Notes under the pieces: model-generated
What the model was told of the DNA's origin: nothing
The model's input: the letters and a program-made list of their open reading frames with translations, nothing else
Databases searched by the model: none
Program-made: the position numbers and the translations under genes
Assembly: GCA_043803945.1 (NCBI GenBank)
Contig: JAZDJN010000054.1
Coordinates: forward strand, 108,945 to 172,944
Reading direction: 5' to 3'
Source of the DNA: a bacterium
GTDB taxonomy: Bacteria > Bacteroidota > Ignavibacteria > UBA10030
DNA: 64,000 nucleotides
Shown: in pieces, positions 19,409-30,365 of the stretch
How positions within the stretch are numbered: the first letter of the stretch is position 1
Layout: each line of letters starts with the position of its first letter

Positions 19409-19975
19409 ATGAATCTTACCAATGCTGAAAAAAAAGAGTTATTGACAATCGCACGTTCCTCGATAGCGTCTGGCGTAAAAGGCGCGCGAAACCAAAATCC
19501 TAGCCCATCGTCGGACACACTTCAAATTCCCTGTGGCGCGTTTGTGACACTGAAGCTCCACGGCGAACTTCGAGGATGCATCGGCTACATCGAACCCAGG
19601 GTTCCCCTCTATAAGACAATTGGCGATGTTGCTCGTAAAGCAGCATTTGAGGATCCAAGATTTCTTCCACTCCTTGAGTCAGAATTCAACGAGATCGAAA
19701 TAGAAATCTCCGTGATGTCACCATTGCAGGAGATCAGCGATCCGGAGGAAATTATCGTCGGAACGCATGGACTGGTTGTCGATGCAGGGTACACCCGCGG
19801 GTTACTGCTTCCGCAAGTAGCAACTGAGTACGGATGGAATCGCGACACATTTTTAATGCACACATGTAAGAAAGCTGGTTTGCCGGGAGATGCCTGGCAA
19901 AAGAAAAATGTAACGCTCTTTATTTTTACCTCGGCTGTATTTTCTGAATCTGAACTCGAACATCATCACCCCTAA
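19409..19975 (+). CDS. amrA: AmmeMemoRadiSam system protein A (AMMECR1)
   Basis: GAFVTL...LRGCIG, DPRF, LLLPQV. Confidence 0.93.
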   Translation: MNLTNAEKKELLTIARSSIASGVKGARNQNPSPSSDTLQIPCGAFVTLKLHGELRGCIGYIEPRVPLYKTIGDVARKAAFEDPRFLPLLESEFNEIEIEISVMSPLQEISDPEEIIVGTHGLVVDAGYTRGLLLPQVATEYGWNRDTFLMHTCKKAGLPGDAWQKKNVTLFIFTSAVFSESELEHHHP

Positions 19976-19986
19976 ACTGTAGTGAT

Positions 19987-20808
19987 ATGAAACCAATTCG
20001 ACCTGCTGCCGTTGCCGGTACGTTTTATACTAATAATCCTGCCCTCTTGCGAAAAGAGGTGGAGGCGTTTTTAATACCTCGTGAACCGGTTTCACTTCCC
20101 GGCATGGTGCGCGGTTTGGTCTCTCCTCATGCAGGATATCTCTATTCTGGTGCAACGGCGGGCGCGGGGTACAGTTTGATAAAAGGACACAGCTACGATA
20201 CAGTCTTCATCGTCAGTCCAAGCCATCGGGAATTTTTCAACGCTGTCTCAATCTTCCCCGGGGAAGCATATCAAACGCCGCTGGGGAATGTTCCCATCGA
20301 TACCGAAGCACGGGAACATCTGATCTCTAACTGCTCCTGCGTTATTGAGTCGGAAGCTGGACATCGGACGGAGCATGCCGTTGAAGTACAATTGCCTTTT
20401 CTCCAGGTTGCATTGGGTTCCTTCCGATTTGTACCGCTTGTTATTGGAAATCAAAGACGCGATCTCTGCTACCAGCTTGGCGAGGCTCTTGCATCGTACG
20501 CCAGGGGCAGGAATTGTCTGTTCATCGCCAGCAGCGATCTTTCTCACTTTCATCCCTATGATGTAGCGCAAAGCCTTGACCGCAGAGTAATCCGTGCCAT
20601 TGAAGCTTTCGATGAAGATGAGTTCATGAATCAATTAGAACTGGAAAAGATGGAAGCTTGCGGAGGCGGTCCGATTGTGACAGTAATGGTTGCCGCGAAG
20701 CTGCTCGGCTGTTCTCAGGCTAAAAAGATTCACTACTGTAATTCCGGCGATGTTACAAGTGATAAGACAGGTGTGGTCGGTTATCTCTCTGCCGTATTTT
20801 CCAATTGA
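19987..20808 (+). CDS. amrB: AmmeMemoRadiSam system protein B (MEMO1)
   Basis: RPAAVAGTFY, PHAGYLYSG, EHAVEVQLPF, SSDLSH, VVGY. Confidence 0.93.
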   Translation: MKPIRPAAVAGTFYTNNPALLRKEVEAFLIPREPVSLPGMVRGLVSPHAGYLYSGATAGAGYSLIKGHSYDTVFIVSPSHREFFNAVSIFPGEAYQTPLGNVPIDTEAREHLISNCSCVIESEAGHRTEHAVEVQLPFLQVALGSFRFVPLVIGNQRRDLCYQLGEALASYARGRNCLFIASSDLSHFHPYDVAQSLDRRVIRAIEAFDEDEFMNQLELEKMEACGGGPIVTVMVAAKLLGCSQAKKIHYCNSGDVTSDKTGVVGYLSAVFSN

Positions 20809-21063
20809 GCGAACTCTTCATCATTTCTTGAACCGATTCTGCATGGCCTACAGCAGAGAACACCCGCGACGGTGTTTTGCAGCTCATATTCCATAAGAGG
20901 AAATATTTTCTTACTATCATATTGTTCATGTTAGATTTAGTACTTTTTAGAGAACACGGCATTAAGCTTTTAGATCCGGCGGGTCTATATGCCTGCTCGG
21001 AAACATCAACAGGAGGGTTCCCTGAAGAAATAAGATCGGAGAACGAACCAGAACATCAAATTC

Positions 21064-21867
21064 ATGCAAATCGATTACCATACCCATACATCTCTTTGTA
21101 AGCATGCAACGGGAGATGTCGAAGATTATATTAAGAAGGCAATTGAACTCGGTTTTAAAGAAATCGGCTGTTCCGACCATACACCCTTGCCATTCAATTT
21201 TGATTTAAGGCATCGGATGACGCTGGAACAATATGAAACAGAGTATGCCCCTTCAGTCTCGGTAATGCAAGAGAAGTATGGGAAGAAGATTGCTATCAGG
21301 CGGGGACTTGAAGCAGATTTCTTCCCGGGAACAGAAGACTGGATGAGGCAATTCATCGCTGAGCATGAGTTCGATTACGTTATTGGATCTGTTCATTCGC
21401 TTGGCACACTGGAAACTGAAAAACCTCTGTTCGGTGGAGCTTCCTATGACCCAGAAGAACTAGAGGTTCTTCAGCTTGAATTCTATGATGCTGTAAGGCG
21501 CTCAGTGGAATCAGGGATGTTTGATATCATTGGACATTGTGACATAGTAAAAAAGTTCGGTGCGGTTAATAGCAGCAATATAAAAGATTCTCAGAGAACA
21601 GCTCTAGAAACCATTAAGAAGCATGAACTCTGTATCGAATTGAATACTTCCGGATGGAGGAAGCCGGAGCAGGAATCGTATCCTGGCGGGCAAATTCTTT
21701 CAATTGTCAAAGAACTGAATATACCCATCACCATCGGGTCCGATTCCCACCGGCCAGAAGATGTTGGCAGCCACTACCATCTTCTCGGCGATCTGATAGA
21801 ACGCTATGCTGGCGGGAAGATTTCCATCTTTAAAAAGCGTGAACGTGAGGAAGTGAAGTTCGGTTGA
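21064..21867 (+). CDS. PHP-family histidinol-phosphatase (HisJ/HisK-like)
   Basis: DYHTHT, SDH, IGSVH, ELNTSG, GSDSH. Confidence 0.88.
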   Translation: MQIDYHTHTSLCKHATGDVEDYIKKAIELGFKEIGCSDHTPLPFNFDLRHRMTLEQYETEYAPSVSVMQEKYGKKIAIRRGLEADFFPGTEDWMRQFIAEHEFDYVIGSVHSLGTLETEKPLFGGASYDPEELEVLQLEFYDAVRRSVESGMFDIIGHCDIVKKFGAVNSSNIKDSQRTALETIKKHELCIELNTSGWRKPEQESYPGGQILSIVKELNIPITIGSDSHRPEDVGSHYHLLGDLIERYAGGKISIFKKREREEVKFG

Positions 21868-21933
21868 TGAGCATTCGGAATTTCCCGCTGATGTTACGCA
21901 AGGGACGGTTTTTACTCGATAGAATATTAGTTG

Positions 21934-21960
21934 AACGCCAAGGACACGAAGGACGCCAAG
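21934..21960. repeat. Solo arm of the 9-mer repeat family (AACGCCAAGGACACGAAGGACGCCAAG)
   Basis: Same periodic motif as the arms at 846, 1349, 3548 and 63740; no partner arm seen. Confidence 0.55.
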
Positions 21961-22070
21961 GTAATAATTGAAATGAACAAAAGAGTGCAAAAAACAGGCG
22001 CTGGATTTTTTTCATACTGCATAAGCGAGATTGATATCAAGGATCATAATACTGAAAAGGAGATCGAGCA

Positions 22071-23135
22071 TTGAAGGCCCTAATTGCGAGCGGAGGCCGC
22101 GGAACCCGTCTGCGCCCCATTACCCATACACGAAACAAACACCTCATACCGGTGGCAAACAAGCCAATTCTCTACTACGCCATCGAAGCGGCGGTTGAAG
22201 CAGGTATCAAGGATATTGGCATTGTCTATAGTGCCGAGAGCACCGAAGTCCCTGAGTACATCGGCACTGGATCGAAATGGGGGATTCAAATCACCTACAT
22301 CCCGCAAGTGACTCCGGGAGGACTAGCCCAGGTAGTTCAACTGGCAGAATCGTACATTGGTGGAGATGATTTTATTTTCTACCTAGGCGATAACATGGTT
22401 GTCGGTGGTTTGAAACGCTTTATTGATGAATTTGAAAAACAACAATGCAATTGTCTGTTGACGTTGGCAAAAGTGAAAGACCCCCAGCGATTTGGTGTCC
22501 CTGAACTTCGTGATGGGAAAATCGTCGGCGTAGAGGAGAAACCAAATAACCCGAAGAGTAATTTTGCCGTTGCCGGCATCTATATCTATGATAGCCATAT
22601 CTTTGAAGCGGTGAAATCACTCAAACCCAGCGGGAGAGGTGAACTGGAAATTTCGGATGCTCATCAGTATCTCATCGATCATGGTTTCCATGTCGGTTAC
22701 TCCGAAATTACCGGCTGGTGGAAAGACACTGGCAAACCGAGTGACCTTCTCGAAGCAAATCGTTTGGTGCTTGATAATATTACCACTTCCCTTGAGGGCG
22801 AAGTGGATACACAGTCAGATATCACAGGGAGAGTTGTGCTTGAGCGGGGAGCGAAGATAATCAACAGTAAAGTTCGTGGTCCGGCAATCATCGGCAAGGA
22901 TGTGATTATTGAAAATAGTTTTATCGGGCCATTTACTTCTATCGGCGACCGGTCTGAAATTCGAAACAGCGAAGTAGAGTACAGTATTATCCTTCGTGAC
23001 TGTAAAATTCTTAGTGTTGGCATTCGTATTGAGGGAAGTATTCTCGGCAATGATGTTGAAGTAGTGAAAGCGAGTGGAAAGCCAAACGTTCACAGGTTCA
23101 TGATCGGTGATCAAAGCCGGGTAGAAGTAGCATAA
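22071..23135 (+). CDS. Glucose-1-phosphate thymidylyltransferase, long form
   Basis: GGRGTRLRPIT, EEKP, RGELEI, WKDTG, C-terminal hexapeptide region; TTG start with SD AGGAG. Confidence 0.9.
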   Translation: MKALIASGGRGTRLRPITHTRNKHLIPVANKPILYYAIEAAVEAGIKDIGIVYSAESTEVPEYIGTGSKWGIQITYIPQVTPGGLAQVVQLAESYIGGDDFIFYLGDNMVVGGLKRFIDEFEKQQCNCLLTLAKVKDPQRFGVPELRDGKIVGVEEKPNNPKSNFAVAGIYIYDSHIFEAVKSLKPSGRGELEISDAHQYLIDHGFHVGYSEITGWWKDTGKPSDLLEANRLVLDNITTSLEGEVDTQSDITGRVVLERGAKIINSKVRGPAIIGKDVIIENSFIGPFTSIGDRSEIRNSEVEYSIILRDCKILSVGIRIEGSILGNDVEVVKASGKPNVHRFMIGDQSRVEVA

Positions 23136-23939
23136 ATGACGGAAGAGAGAAAAGCGATGGGATACGACACAATACTTTTAGAGAAAAGAGATCGATTGGC
23201 AATTGTGACAATCAATCGGCCTGATAAACTCAACGCGCTCAATTTTCAGGCAAAGGTAGAATTGAAACATCTCTTCGACCAACTGAAGATTGACCCGGAT
23301 GTCGATGTGGTCATTCTCACCGGTGCCGGTGAAAAGGCATTTGTGGCGGGCACGGATATTAAGGAATTGACTGAACTCAACGCAAAGACCGGAACATCGT
23401 TTTCACATACGGGTCAGGCTGTCTTTCAACTCATTGAGGAACTCGGGAAGCCGGTGATTGCCGCTGTCAATGGATTCGCACTAGGTGGAGGTGCCGAACT
23501 TGCACTTGCCTGTCATATCAGGATTGCTTCTGAGAATGCAAAGTTTGGCCAGCCGGAGGTGAACCTCGGCATTATTCCGGGGTACGGTGGAACCCAACGC
23601 CTCCCTCGATTAGTTGGAAGAGGAAAAGCGTTGGAGATGATTCTCACCGGCGATCCCATCGATGCGCAGGAAGCGTTGCGCATCGGACTGGTGAATAAGG
23701 TAGTTCCATTAACTGAATTGATGGACACTGCCATAACCATGGGGAAGAAGATTAGCGCAAAAGGTCAGATGGCCATCCGGCTTGCATTGCAGTGTATTAA
23801 GGCTGCGGAGGAAATGAGCCTCTCGGAAGGATTGGCATTGGAATCAAAGTTGTTTGGCGAATGTTGTGGGAGTGAGGATTTCAAGGAAGGCACTACTGCC
23901 TTTTTGGAGAAACGCAAACCACAATTTAAGAATCGATAA
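23136..23939 (+). CDS. Enoyl-CoA hydratase/isomerase (crotonase)
   Basis: NRPDKLNALN, AFVAGTDI, GGGAEL, QPEVNLG. Confidence 0.92.
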   Translation: MTEERKAMGYDTILLEKRDRLAIVTINRPDKLNALNFQAKVELKHLFDQLKIDPDVDVVILTGAGEKAFVAGTDIKELTELNAKTGTSFSHTGQAVFQLIEELGKPVIAAVNGFALGGGAELALACHIRIASENAKFGQPEVNLGIIPGYGGTQRLPRLVGRGKALEMILTGDPIDAQEALRIGLVNKVVPLTELMDTAITMGKKISAKGQMAIRLALQCIKAAEEMSLSEGLALESKLFGECCGSEDFKEGTTAFLEKRKPQFKNR

Positions 23940-23968
23940 CACCACTATTGTGAAACGAGAAGGATCGA

Positions 23969-25456
23969 ATGAGTCAAAATAAAAAATCTGCCGGAGATCA
24001 GGCAAAGGTCATGGAAAAAATCGTCTCGCTGGCAAAGAGACGGGGATATGTTTTTCAATCGAGTGAAATTTATGGCGGCCTGAACGGCTGTTGGGATTAT
24101 GGTCCGCTCGGCGTTGAAATGTTGAATAACCTCAAGGCGCAGTGGTGGAAGCATATGACCTATCGTGAAAATATCGAGGGGATCGATGCTTCTATCCTCA
24201 TGCATCCTCGTGTCTGGGAAGCCTCAGGCCATGTTGAAAATTTTACTGATCCCATGGTCGATTGCAAACAATGTAAATCCCGCTACCGAATCGATGTCTT
24301 ATTCGATGAACTTTCCCTCAAACGGAAAAAGGAGACATTGCGGGAGCTTGAACCGGGGAAATATGAAGGCCAGGTGAAAGACGAGTTGGTTCTCGCCGAG
24401 TTTGAAAAGCTGGTAGCACAGGAAAAAGACGCAGTGAAAGTCATTGCCATTCTCGCCTGTCCGAACTGCGGCAACAAAGGTACGTTCACCGAGGCTCGAA
24501 AATTTAATCTGATGTTCAAAACGTTTGTTGGGCCTATGGAAGACTCTTCCGCCGTAGTCTACCTTCGGCCGGAGACTGCACAGGGAATTTTTGTGAACTT
24601 TCTCAATGTCCAGTCAGCCTCAAGGCAGAAGCTGCCTTTTGGCATTGCTCAGATCGGGAAAGCATTCCGGAATGAAATAAACACCAAGAACTTTCTCTTC
24701 CGCACCCGTGAATTTGAACAAATGGAGATGCAGTTTTTTGTGAAACCGGGAACAGACGATGAATGGTTTGAATACTGGCGCTCCGAACGCATGAAGTGGT
24801 TCACCGAACTTGGAATGACGAAAGAGAAGCTCCAGTGGCATCAGCATCCAAAAGATAAGCTGGCACACTATGCAAAGGATGCATACGATATTGAATATCT
24901 CTTTCCGTTTGGGTGGGGAGAGGTTGAAGGAGTCCATAACCGTACTGATTATGATCTCTCCCGCCACGAGCAATTTTCAGGCAAGACGATGAAGTATTTC
25001 GATGAAGAATCGAAAGAGAAATTCACCCCCTTTGTTATTGAGACCTCTGTCGGAGCCAGCCGTTCCTTTATGGCATTTCTGGTAGATTCTTATAATGAAG
25101 AGGAAGCCCCCACGGCTGAAGGAGCGATGGAAACCCGAGTTGTCTTGAAACTTCATCCGAAGCTATCTCCGATCAAAGCAGCAATCTTTCCGCTTGTGAA
25201 TCGGGATGGAATGCCCGAAATTGCCCGCAAAATTGAAGCCGAGTTGCGCTCCCATCTTCGCGTTTTCTATGATGACAGCGGGGCCGTCGGGCGTCGGTAC
25301 AGGCGGCAGGATGAAGCGGGTACACCGTACTGTATTACTGTCGACTCTCAATCACTGCAGGATCAGACGGTGACAATCAGAGATCGCGACTCGATGAAAC
25401 AGGATCGAATTTCACTCTCAAATATCCGACTCTATCTCACTGAGAGATTGTTCTAG
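23969..25456 (+). CDS. glyQS: Glycine--tRNA ligase, alpha2 type
   Basis: YGPLG, LRPETAQGIF, FRTREFEQME, GRRYRRQDE. Confidence 0.96.
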   Translation: MSQNKKSAGDQAKVMEKIVSLAKRRGYVFQSSEIYGGLNGCWDYGPLGVEMLNNLKAQWWKHMTYRENIEGIDASILMHPRVWEASGHVENFTDPMVDCKQCKSRYRIDVLFDELSLKRKKETLRELEPGKYEGQVKDELVLAEFEKLVAQEKDAVKVIAILACPNCGNKGTFTEARKFNLMFKTFVGPMEDSSAVVYLRPETAQGIFVNFLNVQSASRQKLPFGIAQIGKAFRNEINTKNFLFRTREFEQMEMQFFVKPGTDDEWFEYWRSERMKWFTELGMTKEKLQWHQHPKDKLAHYAKDAYDIEYLFPFGWGEVEGVHNRTDYDLSRHEQFSGKTMKYFDEESKEKFTPFVIETSVGASRSFMAFLVDSYNEEEAPTAEGAMETRVVLKLHPKLSPIKAAIFPLVNRDGMPEIARKIEAELRSHLRVFYDDSGAVGRRYRRQDEAGTPYCITVDSQSLQDQTVTIRDRDSMKQDRISLSNIRLYLTERLF

Positions 25457-25462
25457 AACTCC

Positions 25463-26650
25463 ATGTTCCCATTTGGAATGGCTGCGAACACACTCCGATC
25501 ACTGCTGCTAACGGCGTTTCTCTGTTGTTGGCTGCTGCCATCGGCAGCACTTCGGGGTCAATGGCTTGAGGATCCCCGTCTTGATGAGAAAATCGTAAAG
25601 GGCATCGACGCTATTTACTCGATGGAATTTGAAAAGGCGGACAAAGAATTTTTCGATGTCGTTCGCGCCGCCCCCGACCATCCCGCGGGATATTTTTTCC
25701 AATGCATGACCCAGTGGTGGCGTCTTCTCGTGAATTTCCAGGATGAATCAAAAGATGAACTCTACTACGCAATGATCGAGAAGGTGTTGGAGGTGTGCGA
25801 AGAACGACTCGATAGGAATCCCAACGATGTCACAGCATTATTTTTTAAAGGCGGCGCCATTGGATTCCGCGGGCGTCTTCGAGTCAATCGCAATAAATGG
25901 ATTGCAGCAGCCAACGATGGGATTATCGCTCTGTGTGCTGTACGGCGTGCCTACGAACTGGAGCCGGAGAATTCCGATGTACTTCTGGGGATAGGCATGT
26001 ATAATTACTATGCTGAGATCATTCCGGCACAATACCCCATTGTGAAACCGTTTATGCTGTTTCTCCCAAGCGGTGACAAGAAGAAGGGATTAGAGCAACT
26101 CATTATCGCATCGCAGCAAGCCCGTTATGCAAGAATTGAGGCGGTGTACTTTCTTGTCCAATCCTATTTCTCCTACGAGAAACAGTATTGGAAAGCTCTG
26201 GAGCTAGCACGTGAGTTGCATGTATCATATCCGCGAAATCCCGTTTTCCATCGGATGTATGGTCGTTGTTTTGTTGGCCTGGGGAATTGGTCTGAGGCTT
26301 TCAAGATCTTCAGCGATGTAGAAAAGCACTATCGTGAGAAACAATTCGGTTACGATGTCTACGACGCCCGGGAGGCCTATTACTACCTGGGGAAATTTCT
26401 CTTTTTGGCTGGCCGCCTGGATGAATCGTTAAAGAGTTTTCTCCAATGTGATGAACTCTGTCGCCGCCTGGACAAAGAGGGTGCGTCAGGATTTATGTCC
26501 ATGGCAAACCTGACAATGGGATTCATTTTCGATCTACAGAAGAAGCGAGGATCAGCGCTTGCACAGTATCAAAAAGTACTTAACATGAGAGAGTTCGAGA
26601 ATACCCATAGGGATGCTCAGAAGTACATGCGATCTCCATATTCGAGGTAA
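25463..26650 (+). CDS. Exported TPR protein (TTC39/DUF3808-like)
   Basis: Signal peptide; GDKKKGLEQL; TPR helices. Confidence 0.7.
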   Translation: MFPFGMAANTLRSLLLTAFLCCWLLPSAALRGQWLEDPRLDEKIVKGIDAIYSMEFEKADKEFFDVVRAAPDHPAGYFFQCMTQWWRLLVNFQDESKDELYYAMIEKVLEVCEERLDRNPNDVTALFFKGGAIGFRGRLRVNRNKWIAAANDGIIALCAVRRAYELEPENSDVLLGIGMYNYYAEIIPAQYPIVKPFMLFLPSGDKKKGLEQLIIASQQARYARIEAVYFLVQSYFSYEKQYWKALELARELHVSYPRNPVFHRMYGRCFVGLGNWSEAFKIFSDVEKHYREKQFGYDVYDAREAYYYLGKFLFLAGRLDESLKSFLQCDELCRRLDKEGASGFMSMANLTMGFIFDLQKKRGSALAQYQKVLNMREFENTHRDAQKYMRSPYSR

Positions 26651-26652
26651 GT

Positions 26653-27399
26653 ATGAAATTTCAGATATTGCTGTTTGGTACCATCGCCGCACTTGCGGTT
26701 ATCCTTGGCGGAGCGTTGGTGTATTTTAAACGTTCGTGGCCAAAACGTATCCAGGAGATGATGCTCGCTCTCGGAGCAGGCTTCATCCTGGCACTGGTAT
26801 TTCTCAAGCTTGTTCCCTCAAGCTTTAAGATCATTGGAGAGAGTGCGGCCATCTATATGCTGCTCGGATACAGTGTCATTCATTTCTTTGAGCATACGGT
26901 TGCCACCCACCTCCATTTCGGCGAGGAAACACACACCGAAGTGATGGTTTCGCATGTTGCCAGTATTTCTGCGTTTACCGGATTGTTCATCCATGCCTTC
27001 TTCGATGGAGTTTCTATCTCTGTCGGGATGCAGTTCAATGCCCTTGTTGGCATTCTTGTTTTTGTTGCCATTCTGCTTCATAAACTTCCTGAGGGATTGA
27101 CAATCGGATCTATTGTCCTGGCTGCAGGATTTCCGCGAAGGACAATAATAACAGCAGCGCTCGCATTGGGATTTGCCACGCTGCTCGGGGTTTGTACAAT
27201 ATTCGTTTTCGAGCGAGTGAGTGAACAACTGACAGGAGCAGCGTTCGCATTCTCCGCTGGTGTGGCTGTCTATGTTGGCGCTTCAGATTTGGTCCCGGAA
27301 GTGAACAAATCTGAAGAACGGACTCCCCCCTTATTGGTTTTTGTTGGAATCCTTCTCTTCTTCCTCAGTGAGTCGTTATTGGAAAAGCTGGTAGGGTAG
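26653..27399 (+). CDS. ZIP family metal transporter
   Basis: About 8 TM helices; HAFFDG, LHKLPEG, His-rich loop. Confidence 0.92.
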   Translation: MKFQILLFGTIAALAVILGGALVYFKRSWPKRIQEMMLALGAGFILALVFLKLVPSSFKIIGESAAIYMLLGYSVIHFFEHTVATHLHFGEETHTEVMVSHVASISAFTGLFIHAFFDGVSISVGMQFNALVGILVFVAILLHKLPEGLTIGSIVLAAGFPRRTIITAALALGFATLLGVCTIFVFERVSEQLTGAAFAFSAGVAVYVGASDLVPEVNKSEERTPPLLVFVGILLFFLSESLLEKLVG

Positions 27400-27405
27400 G
27401 GAAGT

Positions 27406-28350
27406 CTAAAGTGCGATACCAAGCGAGAATCGGTGGAGTGCTCCGATCTTCCCATACGAATTAAAGGCATAATCTATTACGTAGTCTTTCCAAACAATTC
27501 CGCCGCCAAGCGACATTCCTGCAAATCCCGCTCCGGATCCAAGTTTGAGATCTTTTCGTAACTGGTTGTTATAGCCAAACCGGAAGCGAACCGATTCGCT
27601 CATCAGGAATTCTGCTCCGATGGAAAATGCACTGAACCGATTGAGCAGCTTTTCATTTGTCTCGTTCAAACGATGGAAATTGAGATTCAATAGCACCGGG
27701 AGATGCTGCGGCCTTTTCGTAACTCCAATTTTTACATCCAGCGGCAGCCGTTCCTTCGTCATTCCAAAAGAACTCAATTGCGTTCCCAGGTTCAGAATAC
27801 TGGCACCAAGTGTAATATTCTCTGCGGGGATTTGATAGAGCACGCCGACATCCATCGCCAGAGCAGAGGAGGTATAGGATGCAAGGGAAGAATAAATAAA
27901 CTTGAGGCCAACACCGATACTTGTTGCTTCATCAATCGTTGTTCCATAACCGGCGGAAATTGCAAGATCACGTGCCGCAAATGTTCCGAGCGTATTCATA
28001 GACTCGTCTGTCTCAGTAAATGACCCATAATCGATGAAATGAATTCCGGCGCCAAAGTACCCCAATCCCTCATACTCGCGGGCATATGCCAGATGTCCGC
28101 CATTCACGTCGAGCAGGTGTCGTTCAAAGCCAAGGGAGATTCTCTGCTGAGTCAACGTGGTCAGTGCGGCTGGATTATAGAAGATGACGAGCGGGTCATT
28201 CGTCATCGAGACAAAACTGCCATTTAAGCCTGCGACACGGGCTCCAACATCAGTGCGAAGAAATAAGTATGATGGCCGCTCTTCGGCATACAGGGCCTGG
28301 GAACAGACGAAGATGACAAGTATGGCTGTGATTTTAATTTTTTTCATCAT
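27406..28350 (-). CDS. PorV/PorQ family outer-membrane beta-barrel (T9SS-related)
   Basis: Signal peptide; FL...GARVAGL, YNPA, C-terminal HRFSLG. Confidence 0.8.
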   Translation of the reverse strand: MMKKIKITAILVIFVCSQALYAEERPSYLFLRTDVGARVAGLNGSFVSMTNDPLVIFYNPAALTTLTQQRISLGFERHLLDVNGGHLAYAREYEGLGYFGAGIHFIDYGSFTETDESMNTLGTFAARDLAISAGYGTTIDEATSIGVGLKFIYSSLASYTSSALAMDVGVLYQIPAENITLGASILNLGTQLSSFGMTKERLPLDVKIGVTKRPQHLPVLLNLNFHRLNETNEKLLNRFSAFSIGAEFLMSESVRFRFGYNNQLRKDLKLGSGAGFAGMSLGGGIVWKDYVIDYAFNSYGKIGALHRFSLGIAL

Positions 28351-28594
28351 GATAATTTACCCAATAATGGGTTGAATTTCAAGATTTCTTTCCAAGTACC
28401 ATACGAGGATCGCGAATCGATTGTGTACATTGGAATTCTTTTTGGGAGAAAATCGTTTATTAAAGACAGCGGATCAATGAGACCTCTTCCCTCGCATTCG
28501 GCCGAGGGTGAGGAAAAAACGATTGCATCTTACCCTTGATCTAATTACTTTTGCTAAGTATCGTAACGGTACAATCAAGAAGGATTTCTACACC

Positions 28595-29272
28595 ATGATC
28601 AATCTCGCAATTGTTATTCTCCTAAGTTATATCGTAGGTTCCGTTCCAACGAGCATTATGTTATCGAAATGGATCCATGGATTCGATATAAGAACAAAAG
28701 GAAGTGGCAATGCCGGTGGGACGAATGTGTTTCGAGTGCTTGGATGGAAAGCGGGATTATTCGTAATCATCGTCGATGCCGGGAAGGCAGCAATTGCTAC
28801 TACGATTATTGCAAGGCTCTTTTGGGATCCAGCACTTCCGTTCTATAACAGAACACCATTCGATGACTTTACGATCATCCAGATCATCTGCGGTGCGGCG
28901 GCAATTATTGGCCACATCTGGACTATGTTTGCGGGATTCAAGGGTGGCAAGGGGATTGCTTCAGGCGCAGGAATGCTTATCGGCATTGCACCTACGGAAT
29001 TCGCAATTTCCATTGGAGTTTTCTTATTGGTCTTATGGCTTTATAAAACAGTCTCCCTTGGTTCCATTGCGGCAGCGATTTCTTTCCCATTTTCCATCTT
29101 TCTCCGTCATAACGTTCTGGGAGATGAAATCCACAGCTACAAGACATTGATCGTATTCAGTTTCGCTGTTGCAGTACTCCTGGTGTATTCCCATCGGGAA
29201 AATGTTAAACGCCTTATCGCCGGAACGGAAAAGAAAATTAATTCCTCCAGCGAAAAAGCAAACGAGTCATGA
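28595..29272 (+). CDS. plsY: Glycerol-3-phosphate acyltransferase PlsY
   Basis: GSGNAGGTN, DAGK, FKGGKGIAS, HRENVKR. Confidence 0.93.
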   Translation: MINLAIVILLSYIVGSVPTSIMLSKWIHGFDIRTKGSGNAGGTNVFRVLGWKAGLFVIIVDAGKAAIATTIIARLFWDPALPFYNRTPFDDFTIIQIICGAAAIIGHIWTMFAGFKGGKGIASGAGMLIGIAPTEFAISIGVFLLVLWLYKTVSLGSIAAAISFPFSIFLRHNVLGDEIHSYKTLIVFSFAVAVLLVYSHRENVKRLIAGTEKKINSSSEKANES

Positions 29273-29369
29273 CGGATTCATCCCTTCACGCAGCAGCGAA
29301 GAAGAGAAAAACCATCAGTGAACCACTCATCGTTTTAGTGCATATCGATCAGAGCATCTGCCATTACAC

Positions 29370-30365
29370 ATGAAAGTCACTGTACTTGGTGCTGGAAGTT
29401 GGGGGACAACGCTCGCTCTTGTCCTAATGGATAATGGTCACGATGTAAATCTCTGGACGTTCGATCCGAAACAGGCTGAGGAGATGCGAGAACTGCGTGC
29501 CAATCCCAATTTCCTTCCAGGAATTCCGCTTCCACCCTCTCTCGGAGTATCTTCGGATATTGAAGCAGCCTCCTCCAATCGGGATATGATCGTGATGGCG
29601 GTACCGGCACAGTTCCTCCGTTCGGTCATCCAAAGCATCGCCCATCTTAATCTTGAACGGACAATCATCTGCAATGTCGCTAAGGGGATTGAGAATGGCA
29701 CCTTCATGACCATGTCGGAAGTTCTTATCGATGTTTTGCAGCATGAACGAAAAGAAAATCTCGCTACTCTCTCCGGTCCGAGCCATGCAGAAGAGGTTTC
29801 GAAAAAAATACCCACGGCTATCGTTGCCGCCTCCTACAAGAATCGCACGGCAAAGGTGGTGCAGGACGCATTCATGACCCCCTATTTCAGAGTCTACGTC
29901 AATGATGATATTCGTGGAGTCGAGGTGGGGGGATCATTGAAAAATGTTATAGCTGTTGCTGCAGGAATAAGCGATGGTGCTGGTTTTGGTGATAATACAA
30001 AAGCAGCACTTATGACCAGAGGAATTTATGAGATCACACGCCTCGGAGTCAAACTTGGTGCTCATCCGAAAACATTTGCCGGATTATCTGGAATGGGTGA
30101 TCTCATCGTCACCTGTATGAGCCGGCATAGCCGGAATCGTTATGTTGGAGAGCAGGTGGGGAAAGGCAGGAAATTAGAGGATGTGCTCAAAGAAATGGTG
30201 ATGGTGGCTGAGGGTGTGGCGACAGCCCGTTCGGCACGTGACATTGAGAAGAAGTTCGGCATCGATCTGCATATCATTACCGGCGTCTATCGGGTTCTCT
30301 TTGAAGGCAAGAATCCTCGAGAAGCTATCATCGATCTTATGATCGGGGATTCCAGAGGCGAATAG
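29370..30365 (+). CDS. gpsA: NAD(P)H-dependent glycerol-3-phosphate dehydrogenase
   Basis: GAGSWGT, SGPSHA, KNVIA, GDLIVTC, SRN. Confidence 0.96.
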   Translation: MKVTVLGAGSWGTTLALVLMDNGHDVNLWTFDPKQAEEMRELRANPNFLPGIPLPPSLGVSSDIEAASSNRDMIVMAVPAQFLRSVIQSIAHLNLERTIICNVAKGIENGTFMTMSEVLIDVLQHERKENLATLSGPSHAEEVSKKIPTAIVAASYKNRTAKVVQDAFMTPYFRVYVNDDIRGVEVGGSLKNVIAVAAGISDGAGFGDNTKAALMTRGIYEITRLGVKLGAHPKTFAGLSGMGDLIVTCMSRHSRNRYVGEQVGKGRKLEDVLKEMVMVAEGVATARSARDIEKKFGIDLHIITGVYRVLFEGKNPREAIIDLMIGDSRGE

